Positions 18,370 through 27,659 are shown, counted from the first letter of the stretch. The stretch: 64,000 bases of DNA from IMGVR_UViG_3300028654_000001:124001-188000, one strand, 5' to 3'. A program made the numbers and translations. Notes: generated by a model not told the origin, from the sequence alone.

Positions 18370-18627
18370 CTACAACGCCTCTTCCAGGTAGCCGTCCCCA
18401 GCATCAAACATCTTGGTGATGCGTCTTCCAGAGCCATCGGTTAGGTATATGGTCTCTCCTCGTTCCATGGCCTTCTCAGCATCTTCACATCGTTTGGAGA
18501 ACTCGGATCCATCAAGGACAATTCCCTTGCCCTTTTTGAAGTCGAGAAGGATCCCTTCGGTCCAAGCCATGAAGTATTCTCGGTTGAGCTCAAAAACTTC
18601 TGGTTCTTTGGTTTTGGTTTTAGGCAT
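18370..18627 (-). CDS. hypothetical protein
   Basis: 3' part of the track ORF; start after the upstream stop at 18632. Confidence 0.7.
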   Translation of the reverse strand: MPKTKTKEPEVFELNREYFMAWTEGILLDFKKGKGIVLDGSEFSKRCEDAEKAMERGETIYLTDGSGRRITKMFDAGDGYLEEAL

Positions 18628-18631
18628 GGTT

Positions 18632-18889
18632 CTACCAAGTTTTTGCTCGTACAACCCAGCTCTTGGAGTCGAGCCAGGCTCGAAGCGTGTCCCAGGAGCA
18701 ATTATCAGACTTTGGATTCTCTCTGAAGTAGAGAGCATAGACATCGTCGAAGGTCATGTCCTTATCTCTGACCTTGAGCGGTGGTTGGGGATCGGATAGA
18801 TCAAGGATGCCCTCGGGGGTACGCTTCTCCAGGATGACTTTCTGGTTACCGGTGAAGGGTTGGGCACCTAGGTTTGGGTTTAATGTCAT
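18632..18889 (-). CDS. hypothetical protein
   Basis: ORF track; coupled. Confidence 0.7.
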   Translation of the reverse strand: MTLNPNLGAQPFTGNQKVILEKRTPEGILDLSDPQPPLKVRDKDMTFDDVYALYFRENPKSDNCSWDTLRAWLDSKSWVVRAKTW

Positions 18890-19203
18890 ATAGAATCTAG
18901 CTCAAGGGATAGTAGTGTCATCCGACTTCTGGATGACAGCGGTTGGGGGTCAAACATTGGATCGGCAAGGACTATTGAAGCCTCAGAGGTTGTGCTCCAC
19001 TGGTCCTCAAGTTCACGGGCAACTTGAAGGTAAAGGTGAGCTTCTTGGGGTGCTTGAAGAGCATTATCATAGGCTGCCAAGCATTGTCGGCGAGCCTCGA
19101 TGACTGGATCCTGATCCTCAAAGGGTGTTGCCTCTACGTTCAAATCCCAAGCTTCGGAGCTAAGGCTACGAGCTCGGATGATTAGTTGACTTAGCGACCT
19201 CAT
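18886..19203 (-). CDS. hypothetical helical protein, leaderless
   Basis: ATG 5 nt after the class-I -10 element. Confidence 0.8.
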   Translation of the reverse strand: MRSLSQLIIRARSLSSEAWDLNVEATPFEDQDPVIEARRQCLAAYDNALQAPQEAHLYLQVARELEDQWSTTSEASIVLADPMFDPQPLSSRSRMTLLSLELDSI

Positions 19204-19208
19204 AACCA

Positions 19209-19237
19209 GTACTACAAGTGATAGGGTTGGATCTCAC
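19209..19237 (-). promoter_or_regulatory. class-I promoter motif
   Basis: GTGAGA-N17-TAGTAC-N5-ATG. Confidence 0.8.
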
Positions 19238-19249
19238 CAAAAACCTTGA

Positions 19250-19852
19250 TTATTTGGTCCTAGTAACTTCTACCACCTTGGAGGGGCTTACGGTGACAGT
19301 GAACTTCTTAGGTTTATAGGTTCCGAGGTGAATAGTGTAGCTACCGGGCACGAACTTGTCCGAGAACGTCTCATCGCATATGGACCGATTGGTATTGACG
19401 CGCATACCCTTCCCATGGGCCAGAACGAAGTCGACTGCTACACTCTCTTGAGCCCTCTTCTCACGGTCCTCAACCGTATCCCACAAGTGATAGACCTTCT
19501 TGTCCTGATGGGCAGTCTTGAACTGAGCAGCCGCCTCACAGCAGGCAAGAATGAACTTAATTCGGTTGGTTACTAGATCTAGGTCATCGGATGCTTGACT
19601 CTGGTGACTAACTGTCACCCTTAGGGTGGATTGAAGAAACTCATTCCCAGCCGCATCCTTGATTAGTACCTTCCCAGCACCAAAGGTGACCGTCCACTCA
19701 GCGGTGATAGTGCAATCGGTACCAAACTTTTTGAGAGTAATGTAGGTTGGATAGTCTCGAATCTTCTCAGCTCCATCGATCACTAGTGTTTGGAGTGAGG
19801 TGGCAAGATCAACGTTCGCTTTGGCGAGGTTGTCGAGTTCGAGGTGGGTCAT
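19250..19852 (-). CDS. hypothetical protein, leaderless
   Basis: ATG (MTHLELDN) 5 nt after the class-I -10 element. Confidence 0.8.
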   Translation of the reverse strand: MTHLELDNLAKANVDLATSLQTLVIDGAEKIRDYPTYITLKKFGTDCTITAEWTVTFGAGKVLIKDAAGNEFLQSTLRVTVSHQSQASDDLDLVTNRIKFILACCEAAAQFKTAHQDKKVYHLWDTVEDREKRAQESVAVDFVLAHGKGMRVNTNRSICDETFSDKFVPGSYTIHLGTYKPKKFTVTVSPSKVVEVTRTK

Positions 19853-19857
19853 GTCCT

Positions 19858-19886
19858 GTATTACGTGCAAGTAAGGTTGATCTCAT
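19858..19886 (-). promoter_or_regulatory. class-I promoter motif
   Basis: ATGAGA-N17-TAATAC-N5-ATG. Confidence 0.8.
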
Positions 19887-19972
19887 CAAGTTACCCAATA
19901 AATTAGAACTCCAAAGAAAGTATGTTACGTTTTGGTTATAAGCTGTCACTTTTTACGCGTCAACTCAAGCCC

Positions 19973-20123
19973 TGTCATGGGGTGCTGAGGGGTGTCATGG
20001 GGTGCTGTGAGGCCTGCACGAAATAATACTTTCGGCCTGATTTACTTGGCAACCAGATTTCTTAGGGGTCCTAAAAATCAATGTGCCAAGGTGTGCCGAC
20101 AGGTGCCTGAAATTACTAGGCAC
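19973..20123. repeat. helically phased direct repeats
   Basis: TGTCATGGGGTGCTG at 19973 and 19993; GTGCC at 20083, 20093 and 20103; inverted GGCAC at 20119. Confidence 0.7.
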
Positions 20124-20184
20124 TCTCGATAGCGGGCAACACACCCTAAACCTCTGTATTAACCTTCAACCAATGTAACGAAAC

Positions 20185-20270
20185 GGCCGGCCCTGGGTTA
20201 CAGTCAACGGGAAATCCAAGTACGGATCCTTGGGTACAATAACGAGAACCGCAGATACCCAGGACAGGCC
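20185..20270 (-). ncRNA. candidate structured RNA / long hairpin
   Basis: GGCCGGCCCTGGGT pairs with ACCCAGGACAGGCC; internal CCAAG/CTTGG stem; arms related to 35604-35645. Confidence 0.35.
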
Positions 20271-20371
20271 GCTCATCCTTTTGGCAAAGATCGTCCACCG
20301 ACGTTTGTTTCAATTCACGCCTGTTAGGCGACTATGATCCTATACCCTAAGTAGCCGCAGAGGTCATCATT

Positions 20372-20429
20372 AAAAGAGAACGACCCCTAAGTTCGTGGAT
20401 TTTACCCTGACTTAGAGGTCGTTCAACCT
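20372..20429 (-). terminator. intrinsic terminator, family member 1
   Basis: Minus-strand GAACGACC-U-CUAAGU...ACUUAG-G-GGUCGUUC followed by UCUUUU. Confidence 0.7.
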
Positions 20430-20507
20430 TGCGCTGGGAGCCCTCCCTAACAAGGTATGCTCTCTAACTACAAGAAATCCACAAGAATGGCAAGCGAATA
20501 TTTCTTG

Positions 20508-20536
20508 TTGAGATCCCTCCACTTGAAACGTAGTAT
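20508..20536 (+). promoter_or_regulatory. class-I promoter motif
   Basis: TTGAGA-N17-TAGTAT-N5-ATG. Confidence 0.8.
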
Positions 20537-20541
20537 TGGAC

Positions 20542-20874
20542 ATGAAAATCAAACGAAAGCCACGACAGGTTCTGAGCCCTAAAGAAGGCGACCTTCGGGT
20601 GTGGTGGTGGGTGCCTCAGGTACCTACTAAGTCTTTCACTGTACCTGTTGATTCCATCGAGATGGGTGTATGGATAATGGATATCCTCGCCCAGTATGAT
20701 CTCTTTCAGTACGAGAATCGAATCAAGCCTGACTACAGCAATGCCGGCGGTATTCAACAGTGGTCATTGGACACTGATGGAGAAGGTACCCCAGGATGGG
20801 AAGAGTGGGCAGATCCCGAGACAGGTGAGGATGATCCTCGTAAGTACCTGGAAGATAAGAAAAAGACCAAATAA
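20542..20874 (+). CDS. P22 gp17-like (superinfection-exclusion gene product 17 family) protein
   Basis: LRVWWVPQVP...ILAQYDLFQYENRIKPDYSNAGG matches this family from memory. Confidence 0.8.
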   Translation: MKIKRKPRQVLSPKEGDLRVWWWVPQVPTKSFTVPVDSIEMGVWIMDILAQYDLFQYENRIKPDYSNAGGIQQWSLDTDGEGTPGWEEWADPETGEDDPRKYLEDKKKTK

Positions 20875-20917
20875 CGAAAGGCCTCCTCGGTGTGCGCTGG
20901 CTGCGCGTCAAGGCCAC

Positions 20918-20967
20918 AAAAGGGAACGACCCCCGGAGAAAGGAAAATCCGGAGGTCGCTCGACCTA
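20918..20967 (-). terminator. intrinsic terminator, family member 2
   Basis: GAGCGACC-U-CCGGA...UCCGG-G-GGUCGUUC then CCUUUU; downstream of the 21015-24138 minus-strand train. Confidence 0.75.
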
Positions 20968-21014
20968 TGCCCAAACAACTAACTAACCGATCTTTTGGAG
21001 ATCCGAGTCCCAAC

Positions 21015-21506
21015 CTACTTCAAGTTCAACTGTAAGTCAAGTTCTATTGAGGGGATTGTTACGGGTGGTGGCTCGCCCCAACCAGCATCCACGAAGTCCT
21101 GAACAAAGCTTGAGTCTGGAATGATAGGCTTACCTTTCGTGTTCATGTAGTACTCGCCAGTAACAATTCGGGCTATCGATAACTTGACTGCCTCTTTCAG
21201 GTGTTCGGTAGTCTGTAGTGTAACCCATAAACCCCCGCCCCAAGGCTTCACAAGGCTTCTATGTTGATCAGGAGGATCATAGTCCCCTCGTAAGTCCCAC
21301 TTGGCAAAGTACAACTCGAGGGTTGGTAGATAGACAACCGTGAACATCAAGTACACAGGCTTGGTCTCCACCTTCCCGAACTTAGAGGGCTCTAGTAAGT
21401 CACACAACTTGATCTCACTCGCCAAGCATACCCGGCAGGGTATGTTCTCATCAAGTTTGATCCCTCCTGATCCGATCCCACTCATATGTAAGTCTGCTGT
21501 GTTCAT
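21015..21506 (-). CDS. hypothetical protein
   Basis: ORF track; coupled. Confidence 0.75.
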   Translation of the reverse strand: MNTADLHMSGIGSGGIKLDENIPCRVCLASEIKLCDLLEPSKFGKVETKPVYLMFTVVYLPTLELYFAKWDLRGDYDPPDQHRSLVKPWGGGLWVTLQTTEHLKEAVKLSIARIVTGEYYMNTKGKPIIPDSSFVQDFVDAGWGEPPPVTIPSIELDLQLNLK

Positions 21507-21799
21507 TTTCTACCCTTCTGTGCTTCTTGGAATAAATCGAGTAGGAAGCGCCTGAATCTAGCCCCTTCTTCGTCTGAGATCTCCTCTTGCTCTTGATAGG
21601 AGTCGATTAGTCTGATGAGGCCGGCAAGCAACGGCTCATTCTTCAGAGCTGCCCGCTTGATACTTACGGCTTCCTGAACCCATTGAATGTTGTGTACGGC
21701 AAGAACATTACCGTTTTCATGGGCTTTTAGGCCACGTTCCCAGTCATCAACAGCAACTTCAGCGGCCTTCACAATTTCAGCATCATGGTTGTGTAACAT
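21503..21799 (-). CDS. hypothetical protein
   Basis: ORF track; coupled. Confidence 0.75.
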   Translation of the reverse strand: MLHNHDAEIVKAAEVAVDDWERGLKAHENGNVLAVHNIQWVQEAVSIKRAALKNEPLLAGLIRLIDSYQEQEEISDEEGARFRRFLLDLFQEAQKGRK

Positions 21800-22055
21800 T
21801 TAAAGTCTCCACGAAAGGGATCTCTGGGAAGTAGTAGATCGTGTCACGCCCCAAAGAATCCTCTTTGACGCCTCTAACAGCCTCACAGATGTCTTCTGAG
21901 TTGAGTTCTGTCGTACAGGCCACAGCGGCCATCAACTCACCTAGCGGGGCTACTACGGCCAAGCAAGCCTTACCATACATGTTGCGGCCAGAGTAGGATC
22001 GACACTGAAGACCATCGGCCTCGAGGAGTTGTTGGAGTAGATGTTTTTCACCCAT
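21783..22055 (-). CDS. hypothetical phage protein
   Basis: RSYSGRNMYGKACLAV...DSLGRDTIYYFP motif. Confidence 0.8.
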   Translation of the reverse strand: MGEKHLLQQLLEADGLQCRSYSGRNMYGKACLAVVAPLGELMAAVACTTELNSEDICEAVRGVKEDSLGRDTIYYFPEIPFVETLNVTQP

Positions 22056-22603
22056 TAGGTTCTCCGCTTGTTGGTTTGTTCAAGTTCCCTAGTATCCCCC
22101 TCAAGATCTGGATCTTCCTGCTGGCTTAGTACGGCCTCCCGAGTACCCAAAGACCAAAGAGCTACAATCCCACTCAAGTACCACTCAACTTGATCCCTTG
22201 AATCGTCAAGAATGTCCCCGCAACCGCTTAGAAGGGGTCCTACATAGACACTGGAACAATATGAGGGTACTCTTCTACAGATCTCTTGAAGTTTATCTTC
22301 AAACCCAGCACTTACTTTCTCAGAGGTTAGTACTGTTATACGGCCCTCTCGTTCTCCAATGAATAGGACATTGTGTAGTAATAGTCTAACATATAACTGC
22401 TCGATAATCCAAATGATTTTCTGGTCGTGGTCCTTAGTCCAGATAACAGCGAAGTCATGAAAACTCATCAACGGAACCCAGACAAAAGCTCGAAGAATAG
22501 AGTAGTGAGCCCCACTAGCCAGACCCTCAACTGATGAACTCTCATCATACAGGGTGTTGAAAAACTCAGAGTACTTATGCATGTAGGTAGCGACCTTATA
22601 CAA
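22055..22603 (-). CDS. hypothetical protein
   Basis: ORF track; coupled. Confidence 0.75.
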   Translation of the reverse strand: MYKVATYMHKYSEFFNTLYDESSSVEGLASGAHYSILRAFVWVPLMSFHDFAVIWTKDHDQKIIWIIEQLYVRLLLHNVLFIGEREGRITVLTSEKVSAGFEDKLQEICRRVPSYCSSVYVGPLLSGCGDILDDSRDQVEWYLSGIVALWSLGTREAVLSQQEDPDLEGDTRELEQTNKRRT

Positions 22604-22825
22604 TCAGGTCTCTGCTCGTGGGATTGACCAACTCACCTGTAATTGCCCTTCTTCGGGCTCCCAAACTGTGAGGGTCAGGTTCACACTATCCGCACTCTTC
22701 ACTTGGTAGGCCCCACCGGGGCTGAGCTCAATCTTCGGTGCAAAACCTTGAACGATGAGTCTCTTGGCCGCGGCCGTTGCCTTTTCTTGAGCTTTTTGAG
22801 CCATAACTAGACTGCTGTATGCCAT
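22604..22825 (-). CDS. hypothetical protein
   Basis: ORF track; abuts neighbours. Confidence 0.7.
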   Translation of the reverse strand: MAYSSLVMAQKAQEKATAAAKRLIVQGFAPKIELSPGGAYQVKSADSVNLTLTVWEPEEGQLQVSWSIPRAET

Positions 22826-22827
22826 GA

Positions 22828-23139
22828 TTACCCTCTACCTGTAAGCTTCTTGTACTCAGCAACGCAGTGTGTACAGCAGTGGTCTAGGTGTTGGTTTGTG
22901 ATCTTAACGTTGACATCCCAGCCGCCAGTGGCCTTTCGTTCTGTTCCAAACGGCTTGACGCTTCCACAAAGGCTTGCAGTGTCAATCCCACCTGACCTAA
23001 ACAACTTGGTAGCGACCTTTCGGATGTGCCACCGAGCGTTAGCCCCAGCAACTGTACTCTCACAGAAGCTGTACTCCGGAGTTTCATCTGGAGCATAAGT
23101 TCCTGGTTGAATTCGCGGGTTTTTGGTGAACTTGAACAT
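22828..23139 (-). CDS. hypothetical zinc-binding protein
   Basis: WHIR...SLCG...CCTHC; class-I promoter upstream. Confidence 0.8.
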   Translation of the reverse strand: MFKFTKNPRIQPGTYAPDETPEYSFCESTVAGANARWHIRKVATKLFRSGGIDTASLCGSVKPFGTERKATGGWDVNVKITNQHLDHCCTHCVAEYKKLTGRG

Positions 23140-23147
23140 GATGCTTA

Positions 23148-23176
23148 GTACTACACTTGAGAGTGCTAGATCTCAC
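23148..23176 (-). promoter_or_regulatory. class-I promoter motif
   Basis: GTGAGA-N17-TAGTAC-N8-ATG. Confidence 0.8.
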
Positions 23177-23397
23177 TACTTTGATCTAACCAAGAATACA
23201 CCCCAGAATACACGGCATCCGGAGTCCTCGAGGGCCTTTCCGACCACTTCGGCCGCCCGCTGCCTACGTGATAGCGTGGGGACGTAGGGATCCTCCTTAC
23301 GAGTACACTTCTCCTTGAGCTCTTCGTACGAGTTGAAGGAGGTACAAGCCTTGGTGCACCGGTCTAACTCAGCGATGGGTGGTAGGTCGACTGCCAT
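23176..23397 (-). CDS. hypothetical protein
   Basis: ORF track. Confidence 0.7.
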   Translation of the reverse strand: MAVDLPPIAELDRCTKACTSFNSYEELKEKCTRKEDPYVPTLSRRQRAAEVVGKALEDSGCRVFWGVFLVRSK

Positions 23398-23405
23398 GTT
23401 AGTTC

Positions 23406-23708
23406 CTAGGGTAGTAGGGTTCGGGTCTCGTTCTTTAGTCTTACAAGTTGAGCTCTTCGAAGAACTTTCGGGGTGGCCGGATAAAAGCGAACTCGGTCAG
23501 CTAGTTTTCCGGGTCGGTGCCCAGTTTCCTTGCTGAGAGTAATTCCATTGTTCAAGGTGAGGGTGCGCTGAGTAGTTGAAACTACAGTGAACTCCCATAC
23601 CAAGCCGGGCTCGAATCGAAAGAAAATATCCCTAATCTTGACATTTTTGAAGGCGTATACTTGATCTGGTGTCATTCTGCTATCGTCTTGGGGTTTACAC
23701 TCAGGCAA
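23406..23708 (-). CDS. hypothetical protein
   Basis: ORF track; start uncertain. Confidence 0.6.
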   Translation of the reverse strand: MPECKPQDDSRMTPDQVYAFKNVKIRDIFFRFEPGLVWEFTVVSTTQRTLTLNNGITLSKETGHRPGKLADRVRFYPATPKVLRRAQLVRLKNETRTLLP

Positions 23709-23875
23709 CCATTGTTCGGCAACTTTGACTCAAAGCTGGGACCAATGTGCTCATGGGTCTCATAAATGCGGAGTCTAGCCTCTTCAGGTGATTCCGCCTC
23801 AACCTCAACCTCATGATCTGAGCCTACCCCAATAGCACCAATCGGACGCCCATGGAATCTTAGAATGAACTTCAT
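23672..23875 (-). CDS. hypothetical protein
   Basis: EVEVEAESPEEARLRIYETHEH motif; ATGA coupling. Confidence 0.7.
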   Translation of the reverse strand: MKFILRFHGRPIGAIGVGSDHEVEVEAESPEEARLRIYETHEHIGPSFESKLPNNGCLSVNPKTIAE

Positions 23876-24138
23876 GGTTTCATCTTCGCTGGTATCGAGG
23901 GAAGGGTCTTCCTAGTCTGCTGCTGATGTCGTCGGTGCTCCGACAGCCACCCGCGGGCAAATGCCTTATCGGGCTCTCGGAGGACTTCAGTAGTACTAGC
24001 CAACTTGACCATGGCGTCTAGGCTACCTGCTCGCTGCTGCTCGGACATATCCCAGAATCGCTCTCGGCCAAGAGCTTCGTGGTCGTAAGGACCCGTTGCT
24101 TTAAGAAGGGGTCCACATTGGACTGATGAACGTGCCAT
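23872..24138 (-). CDS. hypothetical protein, leaderless
   Basis: ATG 5 nt after the class-I -10 element. Confidence 0.75.
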   Translation of the reverse strand: MARSSVQCGPLLKATGPYDHEALGRERFWDMSEQQRAGSLDAMVKLASTTEVLREPDKAFARGWLSEHRRHQQQTRKTLPSIPAKMKP

Positions 24139-24143
24139 GACCT

Positions 24144-24172
24144 AGACTACACATGAGGTAGGTAGATCTCAC
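24144..24172 (-). promoter_or_regulatory. class-I promoter motif
   Basis: GTGAGA-N17-TAGTCT-N5-ATG. Confidence 0.75.
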
Positions 24173-24180
24173 CAAAAAAA

Positions 24181-24321
24181 TCAACAACCATCTCCCTCCT
24201 CTAGTTCTGGTTGCTCCATGATGTTTGGCGAGTACTCCGAATCATCTGGCTCTAAGACCAAACCCACCGTCGTGGTTAGGATGAGGGATACGGCCAACGG
24301 GAAGAATACATCAATCAGCAT
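24181..24321 (-). CDS. 46-aa membrane micro-protein
   Basis: Manual translation MLIDVFFPLAVSLILTTTVGLVLEPDDSEYSPNIMEQPELEEGDGC: hydrophobic helix plus acidic tail. Confidence 0.5.
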   Translation of the reverse strand: MLIDVFFPLAVSLILTTTVGLVLEPDDSEYSPNIMEQPELEEGDGC

Positions 24322-24376
24322 TTCAGTGGCTTTCTGTCGAGTTCCTGGTTAGAGTCGTTCAACTCGAGAGACCCTA

Positions 24377-24946
24377 ATGACTATCGTCTACAATAACACC
24401 GTCTCGGATTACCCAACCCACTTCTTGTCGGCAGTCCCCCTCATTGTAGAAGCTCGAGAGAAGTTTATAGTCCCCTCAGAGAACTATACATACCCCACCG
24501 ATTACCGCTTGGGTAGCCCAACCGACTTCTACTATGCTGAGGTGTGGGTCGACGGGATGAACTGGCAACAGAGCTTTTGGGTGATTGAGAGTGCTTCATT
24601 CAATACCCCGCAAGTCTTCCCCCTCGTAGTCTTCGAGGATGACAGTGTTCGAATCAATTACCAAGATCTAAGACATTTGATGCTAGCCCTCATCACGTAC
24701 CGCCGGAGCGTTCTGTGGACTCACCAGGATGACCAGAGTCGGTATAGGGACATCATATGGCCCTACCTAAAGACACTTGGGATCGCCCCTACCGGAGAAT
24801 GGGGCCAACTCTGTGAGTTCGAACACGGATCTCAACCACTGGTTAAGTTCTTAGCAAACAAGGAGTTCCTTCCACCCCATAAGATGCAACCAGTGCTCGA
24901 GTATCACGGAAAAGGCTTCATGAAGCTAAGTGGAGCCGCCACTTAG
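24377..24946 (+). CDS. hypothetical protein
   Basis: 189-aa ORF with no competing long frame. Confidence 0.8.
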   Translation: MTIVYNNTVSDYPTHFLSAVPLIVEAREKFIVPSENYTYPTDYRLGSPTDFYYAEVWVDGMNWQQSFWVIESASFNTPQVFPLVVFEDDSVRINYQDLRHLMLALITYRRSVLWTHQDDQSRYRDIIWPYLKTLGIAPTGEWGQLCEFEHGSQPLVKFLANKEFLPPHKMQPVLEYHGKGFMKLSGAAT

Positions 24947-24956
24947 CTTCACGTGA

Positions 24957-25229
24957 CTAGCCGTCAGAGCCTCCTGAGGCGATGATGAGGAAGTAGGGAG
25001 TTCCTTCTTTCATCCCACAGAATTGCTCCAGTGCCCCATCGACTAACCTACGCTTGACACTCACGATGGGTCTGAAGTCAGTATCTGGATGATTCTCGAC
25101 AAGGACTTCAAGGTTCCCATGTCTACCTCGTATCTTGGTGAGATGGGAGATCAGATCATCAATTTTGTCGAGCTTCACTTTCCTGCTCCTGCGGCCTGGA
25201 GGAGGACCAAAACTTCCATATGGTTCCAT
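24957..25229 (-). CDS. hypothetical protein
   Basis: ORF track. Confidence 0.65.
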   Translation of the reverse strand: MEPYGSFGPPPGRRSRKVKLDKIDDLISHLTKIRGRHGNLEVLVENHPDTDFRPIVSVKRRLVDGALEQFCGMKEGTPYFLIIASGGSDG

Positions 25230-25717
25230 CTGCTCCCTGGGTCGAGTATCGAAACATAATCATGTTCCGTGACACTGATCACCGGGGGTCTCTTGTTGAG
25301 CATGTACTTGACGAGTTCGGTACATCCATTCTCACAAGCTTGGATCATGGCTAGAGGGTAGTCAGCATCGGATCGATGTTCTAGGTCCTGGAACATCTGG
25401 TACTGACCGTCTCGAGCAGCCATCTCGAGTGGAGAAAGAGGAGTACCTTTCCCTCCACCAAATACTGGAACAAAACCTCCCATGCGAGAGACCAAGAGAA
25501 TCTCTTCAGGGGTCCTGATAGCAGGGGCATCCTTGAGACGGGTGACGAGGATCGGGAACCCACGGCTGATAGCCCAGGCTAAGAAGATCCCTTCAGCGTT
25601 CGGGTGCTTCAAAGCCCCCTGAACAGCTTTCTTCGTACCCTTTTTCTCCTTTTCCACGTAGGAGGCGACGATCTCTTGCCAGGTAAGGTCCCTCCAGTCC
25701 TTAGGGCCAGGGGTCAT
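25175..25717 (-). CDS. protein with ankyrin-like C-terminal repeats
   Basis: TPLSPLEMAARDG...AMIQACENGCTELVKYML...HMEVLVLL. Confidence 0.6.
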   Translation of the reverse strand: MTPGPKDWRDLTWQEIVASYVEKEKKGTKKAVQGALKHPNAEGIFLAWAISRGFPILVTRLKDAPAIRTPEEILLVSRMGGFVPVFGGGKGTPLSPLEMAARDGQYQMFQDLEHRSDADYPLAMIQACENGCTELVKYMLNKRPPVISVTEHDYVSILDPGSRWNHMEVLVLLQAAGAGK

Positions 25718-26562
25718 AGAGCGATCTCAGGCCTGAGTTGAAGCTGTCCCTTTTTCACCACTTCGAAGAAGACGTAAGGCTCCTTCTTTGCGTAAGGCCG
25801 AGACCTCTCCTCTTCGAGCTCTCCAAGGAAGGCATAGAGCACTTCGCGATCGGTGGTAACCCAATGCTCGAACGAGTCATAGTTCTCAGTATGCTCAGGG
25901 TAACCGTGCCCAGGTGCCTCCCTAGAACGTTGGTCTCCTGGCACAAGTATGCTGTTCCTTGAGTAGATGAGCACTGCGTAGTGATGTCCCTCAGGGACAT
26001 CACCTGGACCTTTCACCCGAATCATCCCTTCAGAAGGTGTAGACCTAAGGTTGTTTGTGATTGCTCTATCAATGGCTGGACTAAAGTGATAGTAGTCCAT
26101 GTTGATGTCCCAAGGATTCTCGTAAAGAACTGGAGCTGGTCCATCCGGATCATCAATTACCCAGGCACGACTTATGATTCCTGGTCTGCTGACTCTGAAA
26201 CTGAGTTGGTACCCCTGAGTGTGACTGACGATGATCGGCCCACCAAAGTCCATGCTGGCTACAGGGGTGTCATCCTCCGGATGTATGAATAGACTTAGTC
26301 CATCAACTGTTACTGATTCCTTAGGCAGGTAACACCCTCTGAAGACAACAAACTTACGAGTCCAGATGCTGTACTCACCTCGTAGGTTGCGCTCCCTGCA
26401 ACTGATAGGCTCTGGCACTTTGATGCAGAGCCTATCATGGGATTCTCCAGCAAAAGTCAACCCAGCCCAAACGTAGGACTTGGGTGGATCTGGGTCTCGT
26501 CGGGAGCTTCGGTCAGGCCTGACATCACTCCAATACTCTTCGATGGGATCTTCATTGCTCAT
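25714..26562 (-). CDS. hypothetical with N-terminal IESYW-type tag
   Basis: MSNEDPIEEYWSDVRP. Confidence 0.85.
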   Translation of the reverse strand: MSNEDPIEEYWSDVRPDRSSRRDPDPPKSYVWAGLTFAGESHDRLCIKVPEPISCRERNLRGEYSIWTRKFVVFRGCYLPKESVTVDGLSLFIHPEDDTPVASMDFGGPIIVSHTQGYQLSFRVSRPGIISRAWVIDDPDGPAPVLYENPWDINMDYYHFSPAIDRAITNNLRSTPSEGMIRVKGPGDVPEGHHYAVLIYSRNSILVPGDQRSREAPGHGYPEHTENYDSFEHWVTTDREVLYAFLGELEEERSRPYAKKEPYVFFEVVKKGQLQLRPEIAL

Positions 26563-26577
26563 ATGGGGCCACCCAGG

Positions 26578-27045
26578 TCAGGGATCTCTCGCTCCAAAGC
26601 TCTCTCTATCGTGCACTAGAGTTGGTATTGATTCTGAAGTCTTGGTAAGCCAACATGCATTGAGGTATCCAAAACCCGTGATACGAAACCAAAGGTTGAG
26701 AGGTTCGTGTTTGGAAACCGTTCTCCTATAGAGGATTAGTCTAGCTATCGGCTCGTTTCCAACTTCTGATAGGTACAGGTGGAGGGCTTCAACCTCGTGC
26801 GACTCATTAGGTGCATAGTTGAGCTGGAAGACTTGGATCTCTTGTTCCCTTTCAGTCTCCTCAATGATAACTCTCATCGGGGCAGGGATCGGGATCATGA
26901 TGCGAGTCCCAACAGTCTTCCTCCTGGATATGAACCCTACCCAAGCGAAACCCCTTCCCTCTTGTTCGACCTTGGCGATCTCCTCTGCTGAGCGCCGGTT
27001 GGGTCTTATTAGCCCCCAATCAGATTCAATGCTGTCGTCGACCAT
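26578..27045 (-). CDS. hypothetical with N-terminal IESYW-type tag
   Basis: MVDDSIESDWGLIRP; body partly resembles the N-terminal half of 25714-26562. Confidence 0.85.
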   Translation of the reverse strand: MVDDSIESDWGLIRPNRRSAEEIAKVEQEGRGFAWVGFISRRKTVGTRIMIPIPAPMRVIIEETEREQEIQVFQLNYAPNESHEVEALHLYLSEVGNEPIARLILYRRTVSKHEPLNLWFRITGFGYLNACWLTKTSESIPTLVHDRESFGARDP

Positions 27046-27298
27046 GGATGTAGTCTTTCGGATCCCCTACGAAACCAGGTCCATCTATTGCCTGGAACTT
27101 CCCGTGCTCATCATTTACCCCAATGAATAGCTGACCGTGTGGGAGGTGGGTTGAAGAGAAAGCCTCGAGAGCCGGATTTGGCTCATCTAGATCCCTATCA
27201 ATCTCAAAGGACAACTGACACTTGTAACATCTGAGAATAGGCGTCTTACCAGGCTCAACTTGGATAAAAGTAACTGAATCTGCATCTTTTTTCGTCAA
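27026..27298 (-). CDS. small zinc-finger hypothetical
   Basis: CYKC...HLPH. Confidence 0.65.
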   Translation of the reverse strand: MTKKDADSVTFIQVEPGKTPILRCYKCQLSFEIDRDLDEPNPALEAFSSTHLPHGQLFIGVNDEHGKFQAIDGPGFVGDPKDYIHGRRQH

Positions 27299-27443
27299 AT
27301 TATAAAACCTCTCAGATATTCAGTGGTTTTTACCATGTAACTTGGACTTTATACCACTTCTCAATTAGTTTGGAAGACATTTTGATGTACCTTGAGTGAC
27401 AACCTGGGTTTGTTAGCTGTTATTTGGCTGGAATTACTTGAGT

Positions 27444-27659
27444 ATGGCCTCCAAAGAGGAACTCCTGAGAAGGATGAAAGTCAACCGTTGCGGCTCCTGC
27501 ACCCACTACCTAGGGCACCTTGACTCCGAACAACACTGCTATCTCGAGAAGGACACTTGGCAGTACATCACAACATGGCAATCGGATGCCCCTCGATGCC
27601 CCAAGTGGGAACACGTCGGGGGAGTCCTAACTCGCTTAGAGAAAGTTAGCAGACGATAA
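27444..27659 (+). CDS. small Cys-rich hypothetical
   Basis: CGSCTHY...C...CPKW. Confidence 0.7.
   Translation: MASKEELLRRMKVNRCGSCTHYLGHLDSEQHCYLEKDTWQYITTWQSDAPRCPKWEHVGGVLTRLEKVSRR

Noticed and set aside
18886-18945. C-terminal SRMTLLSLELD as a PTRFER variant
   Set aside because: Lacks the PTRF core; too divergent to count
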